Part shown: positions 23,598 through 36,133 of the stretch, piece after piece
Layout of the letters: every line of letters starts with the position of its first letter
Numbering within the stretch: the stretch's first letter is position 1
Source: Octopus sinensis
Taxonomy: Eukaryota
Assembly: GCF_006345805.1 (NCBI RefSeq)
Contig: NC_043011.1
Location: 30,950,464 to 31,014,463 of the forward strand
Reading direction: 5' to 3'
Length of the DNA: 64,000 nucleotides
The notes under the pieces: model-generated
The model's database searches: none
Seen by the model: only the letters and a program-made list of their open reading frames with translations
Told to the model about the DNA's origin: nothing
Made by a program: the position numbers and the translations under genes

Positions 23598-24830
23598 TGT
23601 TACAGCTGGCTAAGTGCATTTAGGGTTTAATTAGTGTAGTGTTTCTGGTGACCCACATCGTGGATATGGTTCCAGTATGTCTGGTGAAAATGTGACAGTC
23701 TTTTGTTTAATGGAGGACTAATGGGTTTTGGAATGACCTGTGACCTCGTGCGGCTGAGAAGAGGGTCAGGAGAATGTGAAAGAAAAGGGACAGATTAAGG
23801 GCTGAGAGCAAATAGAGGTAGAGTATAAGCAGTAAGGGACGGATGGAGAGGCTAAGAGTCTGGCAGGCGATAGCGATAGAGTAAGAGCAGAGGGCAAATA
23901 GAAAGGATAAGCAGTAAGGGACAGATAGAGAGGCTAAGGGATTGAGGCGATATAGATAGAGTAAGGAATCAGAGAGCAGTTAGAAAGGGTAGGAGCGATA
24001 TAGACAGAGGGAGATGAGGGAGTGGAAGTCAGGACAAGGAAGTGAGGTTCTGGGCAGTCGTTGAGCGGTCGTCGAGGAACACAGACGGACTCTGGAGGTC
24101 AGAGCGAGTGGATGGAACCTTGGATTTAAGGAGCAAGCGTTGGAATTCCTGGGAGCGAGCTGGGATGCGAGGAGGCCTAGGGGCAAGCGATTGGAATATG
24201 CACAGAGGGGAATTAGCAGAGTATTCAGAGGATTTGGCAGTATTCAGAGATGAGTGCAGAATGGGACACTGGCGATTCAGTTAGGAATTGAGGTATGTGT
24301 TTTGTGCATTGATGTGTCACGGTGTAAAGAACAGTGGTGTTTAAAAACAAGGACTCTGTCGATATAGTCGATAAAGGACATTGTGAATTGAAGAGTAAAG
24401 GACTTGTTGATGTGACGTTATTTGTGATGTTTAGAAAAAGAGACTTTAGAGAACTGTGTCTTCGGACGTGTACCTTTGAAATACTGTATATGACTTGTTG
24501 CGTCTCCGGACTGATATATTGTTACGTGATGTTGTATTATGTATTGAGTAGTCACGTGCATGCTTTGATGTGATGTATCTTGATGTTGTAACATTGTAAT
24601 TGTCGTATAAACTGTTGTTTGAATATAAGCCAGTGTTGCCAGTTGTTGCCTTGCCTCTTTGGGTTGTATCTCGGGTTGTGCCTCTGTATCTCTGTGCTGT
24701 TGAGGTTGTTGTTGTGGCAGTATCTATCTGTATCTCTCCTCTCTCCGCCTCTTTGGGTTCCGTGGCGGAACTTGTGTGAGCCGTTCGGGACGAGCGACGA
24801 CGGCGGGCGATTCCAGTCCGTTCCGCAACA
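23598..24830. mobile_element. Candidate solo LTR
   Basis: TGTTAC...GCAACA termini with ATAT on both sides; non-coding and GC-richer than the flanks, with internal purine-rich direct repeats. Confidence 0.45.
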
Positions 24831-24866
24831 ATATATTCTATATTCTATATCGCTATAATTATTGAT

Positions 24867-24900
<34 letters not shown>

Positions 24901-24987
24901 TGATGTATGTATGTATGTATGTATGTATGTATGTATGCATGCATGCATGCATGCATGCATGCATGCATGTATGTATGTATATAATAT

Positions 24988-26712
24988 ATGTATATCGAGC
25001 GTTCAGTTCGTCAGGGGTGTCCCCTGTCCCCGCTTCTATATGTGTTGGCTCTTGAGCCTTTGCTGCAGAAGTTGGAGGCACTAGGGTGTGCGCTGCATGA
25101 TCTATGGTATAGAAGAGGAGCTACGTCGTATGCGGATGACATCTCTATCATCGTGGCAGATGAAGGCCCGCTTCCAGTGGTGGAAGAGGCCATCAAAAGC
25201 TACGAAGCGGTGGCAGGAGCAAAGGTTAACAAGGACAAGTCGGTCGGTTTGCAACTCGGCACCTGGAGGTGCAAGCCGATGCCGTCCAATAACGTCGTGG
25301 GGCGTTGGACGGAAGGTCCTGTTAAGCTGCTCGGAGTCTGGATTGGTCCAGACCTCCAGATAGAAGAAAATTGGAGTGAGGTGGCCAGTAGGGTGACCGC
25401 TGTAACCCATACCTGGTCTGGGCGGGCGTCATCCCTGCTAGGGAGGGCGGAGGTGGTGCAGATGTTTATAGCATCAGTAATCACCTACCGTCTGACCGTG
25501 GTGCCTTGCTCCGATTTGTGGCTGAACAAGTTGGAGAGAATCCTTTTCCGCTTTTTGTGGAAAGGAGGAAAGCCACTTGTAAAGCGCTCTGTCTGCTACC
25601 AGAAACCGCTAAAGGGTGGGCTAGGGATGCCTTGGCTGAACATACAAAAACTCGCGTTAAGGTTGAGGCACTTCTAGCTTTACCTGGATGGAGAGCAGGT
25701 GTAGTTACCGCACGTCCGGTTCTATCTTCCCCAGTTAACGTTCCTAACGGACATCGGTGCATGGATCAAGCGGAGACCTAAACTGGGGGAATGGCATTTG
25801 GAGTGCCTGACGGCACTCCAGCTACTCTCTCGGGCGGGCAACGCCGGCAACAGGAGTTCCACTGCGGATTTCTATAGTGGGTTAGTGGAATTTATGTCAG
25901 AACATGCCTTGGGGGAGACCCTGGGCTATGATGAAAATCAGTTGGTCAACCTGTTCCGGAGGACGTTCGGGCCGTGGTATCTGGATAATTACCAGAAATC
26001 CCTGGCCTGGCAGTGTTTCCGTGCGGCGTTACCTATTCGCGACAAGCTGTCAAGGCACGGAAGTGCCGTCTCGCCGACATGCCCGCGATGTGAGCAGGAT
26101 AGGAAAACCGTCTCGCACGCATTCGTGGAGTGTCCGGAGTTATCGGGACTGATAGCTTTTGCCGAACAACTGTTGTCAGTGATGGGAAGAATACAGCTAT
26201 CAGCTGAGTCTATCATCGAGATTGTACCGCCTCTTTTCCTCAACAAGGAAAGAAAGGCTTGTTTTTTCTTCGTAGTAGCCATACTGAAAGAAACAGTATG
26301 GAAGACGCGTACGAAAGGTATAGTGACAGGTAACTTTGTCTCCGGCCAGGGGTTGGTTAACTTTTTTAGTTACCACCTCGGTAGTAAGATCAGGCTGGAG
26401 AAGAGGTGTCTGTCACGAGATATGTTTGTGAAAAGATGGAAGCTTGTGGCTTGCAAGCTGGGTATGTTTGGCACCAGGTAAGTGTGGCCGGATCAAGAAG
26501 TGCAGGTTCTACCCGGATGACTGGGTGTCTGCTCTTCGATACGATCATTAAGCAATATTTTTTAACTTGTCTTGGAAAAATTCATTGTTTATAATCTCAT
26601 ACGTAATTTCAGTCGAAATTTTTAACCGTGTAAAGCTTCTTCAGCCTTTATGTTTGTCTGTCCTTGTTTGTCCCCTCTTTTTAAATGCCTAAAAGGTAAA
26701 TTATATGAAATA
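24988..26712 (+). mobile_element. Tx1/L1-like LINE, 5'-truncated (RT C-half, zinc-binding domain and 3' UTR)
   Basis: VRQGCPLSPLLYVLALEPL, YADDI, KLLGVWIG and KGGLGMP motifs; zf-RVT-like CPRCEQDRKTVSHAFVEC in 25798-26481; stop at 25677. Confidence 0.92.
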
Positions 26713-26855
26713 AAGTAGCTTGCTTATCAACCACATGGTTCCGGGTTCAGTCCAACTGCGTGGCACCTTGGGCAAGTGTCTTCTCCTAGAGCCTCGGGCC
26801 GACCAAAGACTTGTGGGTGTATTTGGTAGAGGAAACTGAAAGAAGCCCATCGTGG

Positions 26856-26935
<80 letters not shown>

Positions 26936-27140
26936 GTATGTGTGTGTATACGTTTGTGTGTCTGTGTTTGTCCCCCCAACATCGCTTGACAAACGATGTT
27001 GGTGTGTTTATGTCCCCGTAACTTAGCGTAGGCTTACAAAGAATAAGTTCTGGGGTCGATTTGTTCGACTAAAGGCGGTGCCCCAGCATGGCCACAGTCA
27101 AGTGACTGAAGTAAATAAAAGAGTAAAAGAGTAAAGAGTA
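26710..27140 (+). mobile_element. Family A SINE lacking its first ~20 nt
   Basis: Begins AGTAGCTTGCTTATCAACCACATGG and ends in the AAAAGAGT tail. Confidence 0.9.
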
Positions 27141-27157
27141 ATCGAATAAAGGAGCAT

Positions 27158-27406
27158 ATGTACACGGATACTTCAATAATGAAACACCTTAGGAAGTGCC
27201 AAGCCCAGAATTTCACAGTTACCGTCATGGCAACCCAACGTAACAGGGACAATATCCGAATCGTGGAAGCCCTCGTTATAAACAAATTGAAACCAGCCAA
27301 CAACAGGAAGGAACTACACAAAGCAGACTGGTTTTGCTTTAGCAACCAGTCTGCGCGAGTTACCATCCTCCTTCCTCCCGTTCCTCCTGCCACCACAAAC
27401 AACTGA
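27158..27406 (+). pseudogene. Penelope-like GIY-YIG endonuclease C-terminal fragment
   Basis: IMKHLRKC...RIVEALVINKLKPANNRKE fits the GIY-YIG EAxxIxxxxPxxN motif. Confidence 0.65.
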
Positions 27407-27652
27407 GCAACGACTTTCTCCAACTACTTTCTCGATTGCTTCGGCCTTACACAAGGGAAGGCAAAATACGACCTGACCTAGTCCCTAATTAAGCCATACC
27501 TAACTAACGCAAACCTAACACCCACAACTCGGATTAATATCCCTAAGCTAAAACCTCATATACTAAAAAAGAACAGGTAGCCGAATAACATGTACAATCC
27601 AGATATGTATATAGATATATGTATCTATGTATGTATGTATATGCGTATGTAT

Positions 27653-27730
27653 GGTCACTTTCGAGTGCTACTGGTAACATGTAACCCAGTACAACCTGTT
27701 GCATGGTCGGGTCGTCGGCGACTAAACCGG
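27653..27730 (+). ncRNA. HDV-like ribozyme fold (decayed) at the 5' start of a probable non-LTR element 5' UTR (27653 to about 28060)
   Basis: Elements in HDV order: P1 GGTCAC/ATGGTC, P2 CCAGT/ACCGG, P3 ACA/TGC, L3 ACCTGT with CC pairing to GG at 27709-27710, P4 TCG-TCGG-CGA, J4/2 CTAA. Three helices carry one mismatch each. Confidence 0.55.
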
Positions 27731-28267
27731 CAACCCCACCAAGCTTGCTTGGTGAGGAGGGTGTTTATTGGAAACCCTGCGGGATGAAAAACAAAACCCG
27801 TCAAAGGGCGGATGAACTCTTCAGAGTCAACGGCCATTCAATAAATGTCTTAAGGCTGTATCATGCGTGGGGACATAGAAATAATCGGACTGAATACCCG
27901 ATCGCGCGGTTAAACCATTGAGAGTGAAGGACTCCTAGCCTTTGTTAGGGCCTCCTTCTAGGGCAAGGTAACTCAGGTAACTGGGATAACTTCGACATAA
28001 AACCTGCGGCTCAGTGGTTACCGATGATGTTGACTTGTTCTTCTTTTCGAATTATGGCTGGTGTTGCTTAGTGAGTGGGATTGACTCAGTGCACAGCCTT
28101 TCTTCACTTTAAAAAAATCTTGCACGAGAATTGCACGATAACAACACTGATTAAGCTTCGTGCAATGGCCATACTCGATAACGAGGGGGCAGCCACCATG
28201 TATGTGTATGTATGTGTGTGTATGTCTTCGTTTGCGTGTATATGTATGTCTATATATGAAGTGTGTG

Positions 28268-28301
<34 letters not shown>

Positions 28302-28981
28302 GTGTGTGTGTGCACGAACATGAAACTACTTGTCTAAGTATTAATCTTCCTTTCCCCTTCTACTTTCTTAATCCTCTAAGCAATTATGACAGCAAAAGCT
28401 GATTAGGTCATTTTATTTAAACTGGAACGCATGATTTCTACGTTCATTTTTGAATTTTCGCGTTTCTATAATATTATCTGCTTTTATTCATTGCCGAACT
28501 TATAAGAAGCTGAGTTTCTGAAGTAGATCCAACAGAAGTGTACCACAACTGCGGATGACAACAGGTAGCCTAAACTGTGTCAGTGCTCTACTCAATATTT
28601 AAATACACTAATCGAATAATACGTATTTGTCCAAATTATATATATATACGTTTAAATATTTGTTGTGCAAGATTTTTTATGTGAAGTCGTGTGTTGAAAC
28701 AGATATTGTTATATTTCGGAATGGTCATATTGCCAGTTTAGCCAATAAAAACATACGCACTATATATATAAAATGGCTGACGGTTAGTAAGGAGAGACAC
28801 AAATACGAAAGAAGAAAACAAAGGACCACTGATGCGGTCACAGGAGTGTGACGAAAGAACTCTGGCCGAAATAAGATTAAGATTAATGTAAAAAATAAAT
28901 ATCACTGAAGCAAAATAACACCAAATATATAGTGCGTGTGTTTTTATTGGCTAAACTGGCAATATGACCATTCCGAAATAT

Positions 28982-29025
<44 letters not shown>

Positions 29026-29281
29026 TAACTACATGCAGGTATAGCGTAGATTCGATCTTCGACCGCCAAATTTCACTTAATAGTTCAATAGCACTTTTCT
29101 CATGGTAAAACAATAGTTTGTTTTTTTTTCTGTGAGTGACAGCAGTTACATTTGCCAGATGCCTTTGCTAAGCAGAATAATGTCTTTGCCACTTGACCCT
29201 TCTTACCTCTTCTAGGACACCAAATGCTAGAATAGAGATAACAAACCGCCAACGAAATCTATGGTTCTCAACAATATACTC

Positions 29282-29691
29282 TCTCTCTTTACTCTTTTAC
29301 TTATTTCAGTCATTTGAATGCGGCCATGCTAGAACACCGCCTTTTAGTCGAGCAAATCGACCCCACGACTTATTCTTTGTAAGCCCAGTACTTATTCTAT
29401 CGGACTCTTTTGCCGAACCGCTAAGTGACGGGGACATAAACACACCAGCATCGGTTGTCAAGCAATGCTAGGGGGACAAACACAGACACACAAACACACA
29501 CACGCATATATATATATGTACATATATACGACGGGCTTCTTTCAGTTTCCGTCTACCAAATCCACTCAGAAGGCTTTGGTCGGCCCGAGGCTATAGCAGA
29601 AGACACTTGCCCAAGATGCCACGCAGTGGGACTGAATCCGGAACCATGTGGCTGGTAAACAAGCTACTTACCACACAGCCACTCTTACGCC
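29282..29691 (-). mobile_element. Family A SINE
   Basis: Full-length homolog of 9131-9570. Confidence 0.9.
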
Positions 29692-30068
29692 TATGTCTAT
29701 CATTCTGGCTGGTTTTCAATAGTTATGAAAACAAAAACTCCGTAAGAAAAGGTTAGTTAGTGAGAACCGAGTTGGCAAAAAGGAGATGACGTAAAGGCGA
29801 CCACAGGCAAAAATTCAACTGAGAGAAGGCTTACCAATGAGAATGTGAACTATGATTCATTGTCTTATCACAACACCACTGCTGTTTAAATGCCAAGCAC
29901 CATGAAGGTATCATTTTATCGACTCCCTACATTTAACATTCACGCTAACTTCCTCTAATTCCTAGTTGGGCAACTAGCAGTTGACCAAACATAACCAGCA
30001 ACAACATACAAGAAAAGATAACTCTGTTGCTTTTATATGATACACACATTTGTCCGTCGAGGCAGGGC

Positions 30069-30103
<35 letters not shown>

Positions 30104-30130
30104 GAAGGTTTGGAGATGATGTACAGGTAT

Positions 30131-30614
30131 TATATATTAGAAAAATTGAGGTAATCAGATCAGATGGTTCATATTTGTAGATATTTATTTATATATTACA
30201 TTTTTTACATATATATCATATCATTCGGATTAGCGCTTGCTCCCATTCTAGTGGGTTTTCAAATCAAATCAGTTGTGGGTAGTTTGAACCTTTTTATAGT
30301 TTCGTAGTAGTGGGTGAGGAGGAAGTGAGGCAGAGAGAAAATATGTGTGTATGTGTTGTGTGTGTGTGTGTGTGGTGTGTGTGTGCGTGTGTGTGTGTGT
30401 GTGTGCGCATTTATATCTGAGAGTGAAGAAGTGTTATTTCCGTTGGTCTGCTGGACCCCCTGTGGTTTTATAAGAACTTTGGCTGTCCATTTCAATGTCA
30501 CTGAGTGTGTGTTGTGCATAGGTTGGCCTGGCAAATGTCATTTGGGGTCACACTTTCTATGATCATTCTGTGGAGGTGTGTGTGTGTGTGTGTGTCTCTG
30601 TGTGTCTGTGTGTG

Positions 30615-30657
<43 letters not shown>

Positions 30658-31371
30658 GTGTGTGTGTGTCTGTGTGTTTGGAGAAGGGGAGAGAGACAAA
30701 AAGAGAAAAGGGAAAATAAAAATAATAATAATAAAAATAAAAAATTAAAAAATTAAAAAAATAAAAATAAAAATAAAAATAAAAACAAAAATAAAAAATA
30801 AAAATAAAAAAATATAAAGAATAAATAAAAATATAAAGAATAAAAAATAAAAATAAAAATAAAAATAAAAATAAAAATAAAAATAAGGGGGAAGTGGAGA
30901 AGAAAAAATATTTTGTGTGTTGATATTTATACCAACACATATATATACACACACACAGACTTATACATAAAATATTTGAAAAAACCTTTTTATCGGTCAA
31001 AATGAACAACCAAATTATACCATCTTGAAAGTTGTATGTCATAGGAAAGTTAAAACTAAAGTGACAATAAAGGGTAAAGATGGAAGTGAATTATAAAGAT
31101 AATAATATAATATGATGTATACACAGGCAATACACACATCTACACACACACAGATTTTTCCTTCAATGTATGTTGAGTAAAGTTTCAGCCATTTAATTTG
31201 GGGGAGAACTTAGCTATGAAATGTTTTTCCATATTCCTCCTGAAGGGGGTGTCATTCTTCGGAACACTTGTAGAAGGGAATATCTTATTTTTATTTTATT
31301 ATTATTATTTTTATTTTCCCTTTTCTCTTTTTGTCTCTCTCCCCTTCTCCAAACACACAGACACACACACA

Positions 31372-31404
<33 letters not shown>

Positions 31405-31890
31405 CACACAAAAACACACACAGACACACAGAGAGACCACACACACACACACCTCCACAGAATGATCATAGAAAGTGTGACCCCAAATGACATTTGCCAG
31501 GCCAACCTATGCACAACACACACTCAGTGACATTGAAATGGACAGCCAAAGTTCTTATAAAACCACAGGGGGTCCAGCAGACCAACGGAAATAACACTTC
31601 TTCACTCTCAGATATAAATGCGCACACACACACACACACACGCACACCACACACACACACACACACACACATACACACAATATTTTCTCTCTGCCTCACT
31701 TCCTCCTCACCCACTACTACGAAACTATAAAAAGGTTCAAACTACCACAACTGATTTGATTTGAAAACCCACTAGAATGGGAGCAAGCGCTAATCCGAAT
31801 GATATTATATATGTAAAAAATGTAATATATAAATAAATATCTACAAATATGAACCATCTGATCTGATTACCTCAATTTTTCTAATATATA
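30131..31890. repeat. Long inverted duplication (arms about 30131-30735 and 31285-31890)
   Basis: The arms are reverse complements except for small indels and (GT)n length differences; spacer about 550 bp. Confidence 0.92.
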
Positions 31891-32144
31891 TATATATATA
31901 TATATAATATATATATTATATATATATATTATATAATATATATATATCTATATTACAAATAAGAAAATGGAGAACACATTAGTTGGTTAATAAGCTTTAG
32001 GATATTACAATGTTGTCTTATTTAATTAACAAAACTATAACCATAATAACATATATATATACAGTATTACATTCGATACATTTAAGATAAGAATACAAAT
32101 ATTTATTAAAAAACATTAATATAAATTGTTAGAATCATTAAAAT

Positions 32145-32270
32145 TCCTTACAGCTGTTTCAGCGTATGGAAAAAAGTAATTTTCAGTATCTCTACTTGTC
32201 AATTATATTGAGGTTGTAGGTAGTTGGGTACTTATATATATATATATATATCCATAGGCCTCGTCAGAGA
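32145..32270 (-). ncRNA. Type I hammerhead ribozyme with a long loop II
   Basis: Minus strand: CTGACGA, stem II GGCCTATGGA/TCCATACGCT, GAAA, C-AGCT-G, GUA triplet, short stem I. Confidence 0.65.
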
Positions 32271-32520
32271 TTATAAAGTACTTTCAAACAGGATACACGT
32301 ACAATTTAATATATATATATATATATATATATCCATATATACATACACATATAATACATAAGCAAAATATATACACCTATACATGTACATAAATACATAA
32401 ATAGGCAGAATTAAACATACGTACAAGCATATAGAAAATTAATCATATATATATATAACTGGAACATACACATACATTTATATTCATGAATACACATACA
32501 ATACTTAATTATCATTAATA

Positions 32521-32579
<59 letters not shown>

Positions 32580-33077
32580 ACAACAATATTATTAGATTCA
32601 GTGTAATTTTCACTTCACTATACATATTATAGTAGATTCCAATATATCGTATCTCTTATGATAAAAGGCAGATTTTCTCTGCCTGTTCCCATGTTCCTTT
32701 TTCATACAATTCTACAATATAGAATTTCTTCAATTGGAATTTACCTATGATTTTTCAAAGTAGATTCGATTGGGTCATGGCATGTAAAGTTTCTTTCAAT
32801 TTGACCCCCAATTATGCAAAAATTCGAGAAAACTCAATATTTTATGATTTGCCTCACTCATTTAAAATGGTTTACTCCTGCTATTACCACAACACTTTCT
32901 CCTACTTTCTCTTTGCAAGTGTGAAACTATTAAAGTGAAAGTATTATATAACTGGGATGAGCCATTAATAGTGGTCATCCTTTTTGCTAGAGGAAGATCC
33001 GCTATGGTCTTATATGCTACACCACTGGTTTTCAATTCATATTAATCAAATTAATATTCAATTTTTCACCCTTATTA

Positions 33078-33111
<34 letters not shown>

Positions 33112-33687
33112 TGTGTGTGTTAGCAATTCGTATAAAATTGCATCAATGACTTGAACTTGAATAAGTGGTTTCACATAAATGGGGATAAATTAAAAAGGTT
33201 TGTTGTTATTATTATTACTGTTTGACTATTGTAATCATGTTTGTTGGTTCCTCGTCAGGGAAACGTTGTTGTGTTGCATGTGTTAAATAATTGTAAACCG
33301 TAACCCTCCCCCTCCCAATATTTTGGTTATTGTTTAAAAATTGAATTGTGTCCTGTTTGGGGAAATTGACAATATTTTCACCGTCTTTACGGAAGCATTT
33401 TTGTTAAAATGCCTTCGATAGAAGAAAGTCAAAAAATGAATTTCGCTGCAGCCGTACACTTCTATACAAGAGGGAGGACAAGGTCCAATGGATCGAAATT
33501 GCAAGAGACGGGCCTACAATTCCAGTCTGTTATATAATTTGAGTATTGTTATCACTAGCGATATCAAGATATAACTTTGTATTTTGTTTTTTTATGTGTA
33601 GATGTATATATACAGATGTACATGTAATATGTACACATATATACATGCATAATATATCTACCCATACGCACACACACACATACATAG

Positions 33688-33820
33688 GGGCAGGTGTGGC
33701 TGTGTGGTAACAAACTACATTCCAAACACATGGTCCTGGGTTCAGTCCCACTGTGCGGTGACTTGGCATGTGTCTTCTGCTGTAGCTTCAGACCAACAAG
33801 AGCCTTCTCAGTGGATTTTG
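33688..33820 (+). mobile_element. Diverged family A SINE, 5' part
   Basis: GGCAGGTGTGGCTGTGTGGTAA...GGGTTCAGTCCCAC head. Confidence 0.75.
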
Positions 33821-33894
33821 TACATATATACAGGCATACATACATATATATACATGCATACGTACATATTCGGCATAAACACTCTACCACTACA

Positions 33895-35743
33895 ACTAAT
33901 AACTGTTGGGAACACTTTCAAACCTGCCTTACATTCGAACTGGAATCTCAAAAACATTGTCCCCTTCAGCCCCAAGCTCAACTGCTCTATCCTGACATGG
34001 AGGGTATCAGCAATGAAATATATAACAAAACACTCATTGGCGTTTAAGACAGAATTGCTAAACTGGGTGGAAATGAATTGTCGACGTATGGCCTGCCACA
34101 AGCATTCAGGTCAGGGTCAAATAGCCTTCCCACTGCTGTCATTCGTGAAACAACCTACGACACTCAAGCGCTTTCAAAGTACATTGTTGAAAATGAGCCT
34201 AAATTACTTCCGGACCAGCTGCAGGCCTACAGAACAATTCTTAACAGTGTACGCCAACGCGAAGGACGAATCTTCTTCCTCGATGCTCCTGGAGGGACAG
34301 GAAAAACATTTATTACAAAGCTTCTCCTTGCAGAAGTTAGGTAGCATCAGGGCATTGCAGTAGCTGTAGCCTCCTCTGGCATTGCAGCTACTTTGTTACC
34401 CGGTGGCAGGACAGCACACTCAACTTTTAAACTCCCTCAATTTATTAGCAGCATCCGAAATGCCTTCATGCAACATCAACAAAAGCTCAGATCAGGGACA
34501 AGTACTTAAAATGTGTTATGTAATTGTCTGGGATGAGTGCACTATGGCTCACAAGGGAGCTTTGGAAGCATTAGATAGAGCCCTGAAAGACATCCGAGAC
34601 TGTCAGGCTCCAATGGGAGGTGTAACGCTTCTGTTGTCAGGTGATTTCAGGCAAACTCTTCCTGTCATTCCGAAAGGCACTAGAGCTGATGAAGTTCAAG
34701 CATGCCTAAAGTCCTCTACTCTGTGGCATCATGTTACAATTTTTAGTCTCACCACTAACATGAGAGCTCAGCTACACGGCGACAAAATGTCCACAAAGTT
34801 TGCACAGGACATTTGAACTTGGTGAAGGCAAGATGCCTCTCGATGCTGCAGGACAAATGGAAGTGTGGTCATTTTCCTCTGTTGTTAATTCTGTAGATGA
34901 CCTCAAAAAAAAGTCGTTCCCAACTTCAACACAAAACTACCAAAATCAAATTGGCTGTGTGAAAGAGCAATATTAGCTCCAAAAAACGTCGCTGTAACAA
35001 AATTAATCAACAGCTAATGCATTCTCTTCCCGGCACTATACACACTTACAAGTCTGATGATACAATTCCAGATATAAATGAAGTTGTGAACTATCCTCCT
35101 GAATTCTCAATTCACTGGAGCCTCCTCGACTACCTCCACACATATTACCACTTAAGTTGGAACTCCTGTAATGCTACTCCGCAATCTGGAACCACAAGAC
35201 TTTGCAATGGAACACGACTGGTGATAAAGAAAATGATATCACACGTTATCGAGGCGATCATTCTTTCTGGATGTGGAAAAGGTGATGACGTCTTTATTCC
35301 AAGATTTCCTCTTACTCCATCAGGAGCAGAAATTCCATTTACATTCAGAAGACTGCAATTCCCCCTTCGTGTCAGCTTTGCCATGTCCATTAACAAATCT
35401 CAGGGTCAAACCCTCTCTGTAGCTGGTCTTCTCTTGGAAGAGCCCTGCTTCTCGCATAGGCAACTGTATGTTGGCTGCTCAAGAGTAGGAACCAAAAGAA
35501 ACCTTTTTGTATATGCTCCACAAGGAAAAACAAGGAACATTGTTTACAACGAGGTGTTACAATCTCAACAGCCAGGAGGTATATACATGATCTCCTTTTT
35601 TTTAACAAACTTCATGTACTTTCATGTATTTATATTAATATGCATATATTTGTGTGTGTGTGTATCCATATATATATATATATAACAGAAAAGTCTAATT
35701 CTTCTATTGAATGTAACCGGGCAACGCCGGGTATCTCTGCTAG
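33895..35743 (+). mobile_element. Helitron 3' portion: PIF1 helicase pseudogene with an intact 3' terminus
   Basis: FFLDAPGGTGKTF (Walker A), VWDECTM, SGDFRQTLPV, LCNGTRL and QFPLRVSFAMSINKSQGQTL motifs, with stops and frameshifts. Terminal hairpin ACCGGGCAACGCCGGGT, then CTAG (35740-35743) followed by T. Confidence 0.93.
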
Positions 35744-35831
35744 TACTACGATACAATATAAACAAAAAGTTACGAGAGATGTAATCTTGTAAATTTTTAA
35801 AATACAGTCAATATATATGTATATATATATA

Positions 35832-35891
<60 letters not shown>

Positions 35892-35907
35892 ATACATGTA
35901 TATATAT

Positions 35908-36030
<123 letters not shown>

Positions 36031-36133
36031 ACATACAGTTAGACCAGGGTTATTACAATATTATTATTCTACATACACATACGTCCATGCGTGTGGGCAA
36101 CAATTGAAACAACATGCATATATACGTTATATA

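Noticed and set aside
23646-23663. TGGTGACCC resembling a tRNA-Trp primer-binding site
   Set aside because: Only 9 nt match, it is not preceded by an LTR-ending CA, and no gag-pol follows.
1-26712. Treating the two Tx1-like pieces (1-3400 and 24988-26712) as one split element
   Set aside because: They are on opposite strands, 21 kb apart and do not overlap, so shared family membership cannot be shown from this window.
26700-26725. Tx1-like LINE apparently inserted into a SINE head (target specificity)
   Set aside because: The missing SINE 5' part is not found at the LINE 5' junction near 24990 and there is no TSD, so adjacency alone is insufficient.
28545-28590. CGGATGA...TAAACTGTGTC hammerhead-like string
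   Set aside because: Both core motifs are mutated and stem II does not pair.
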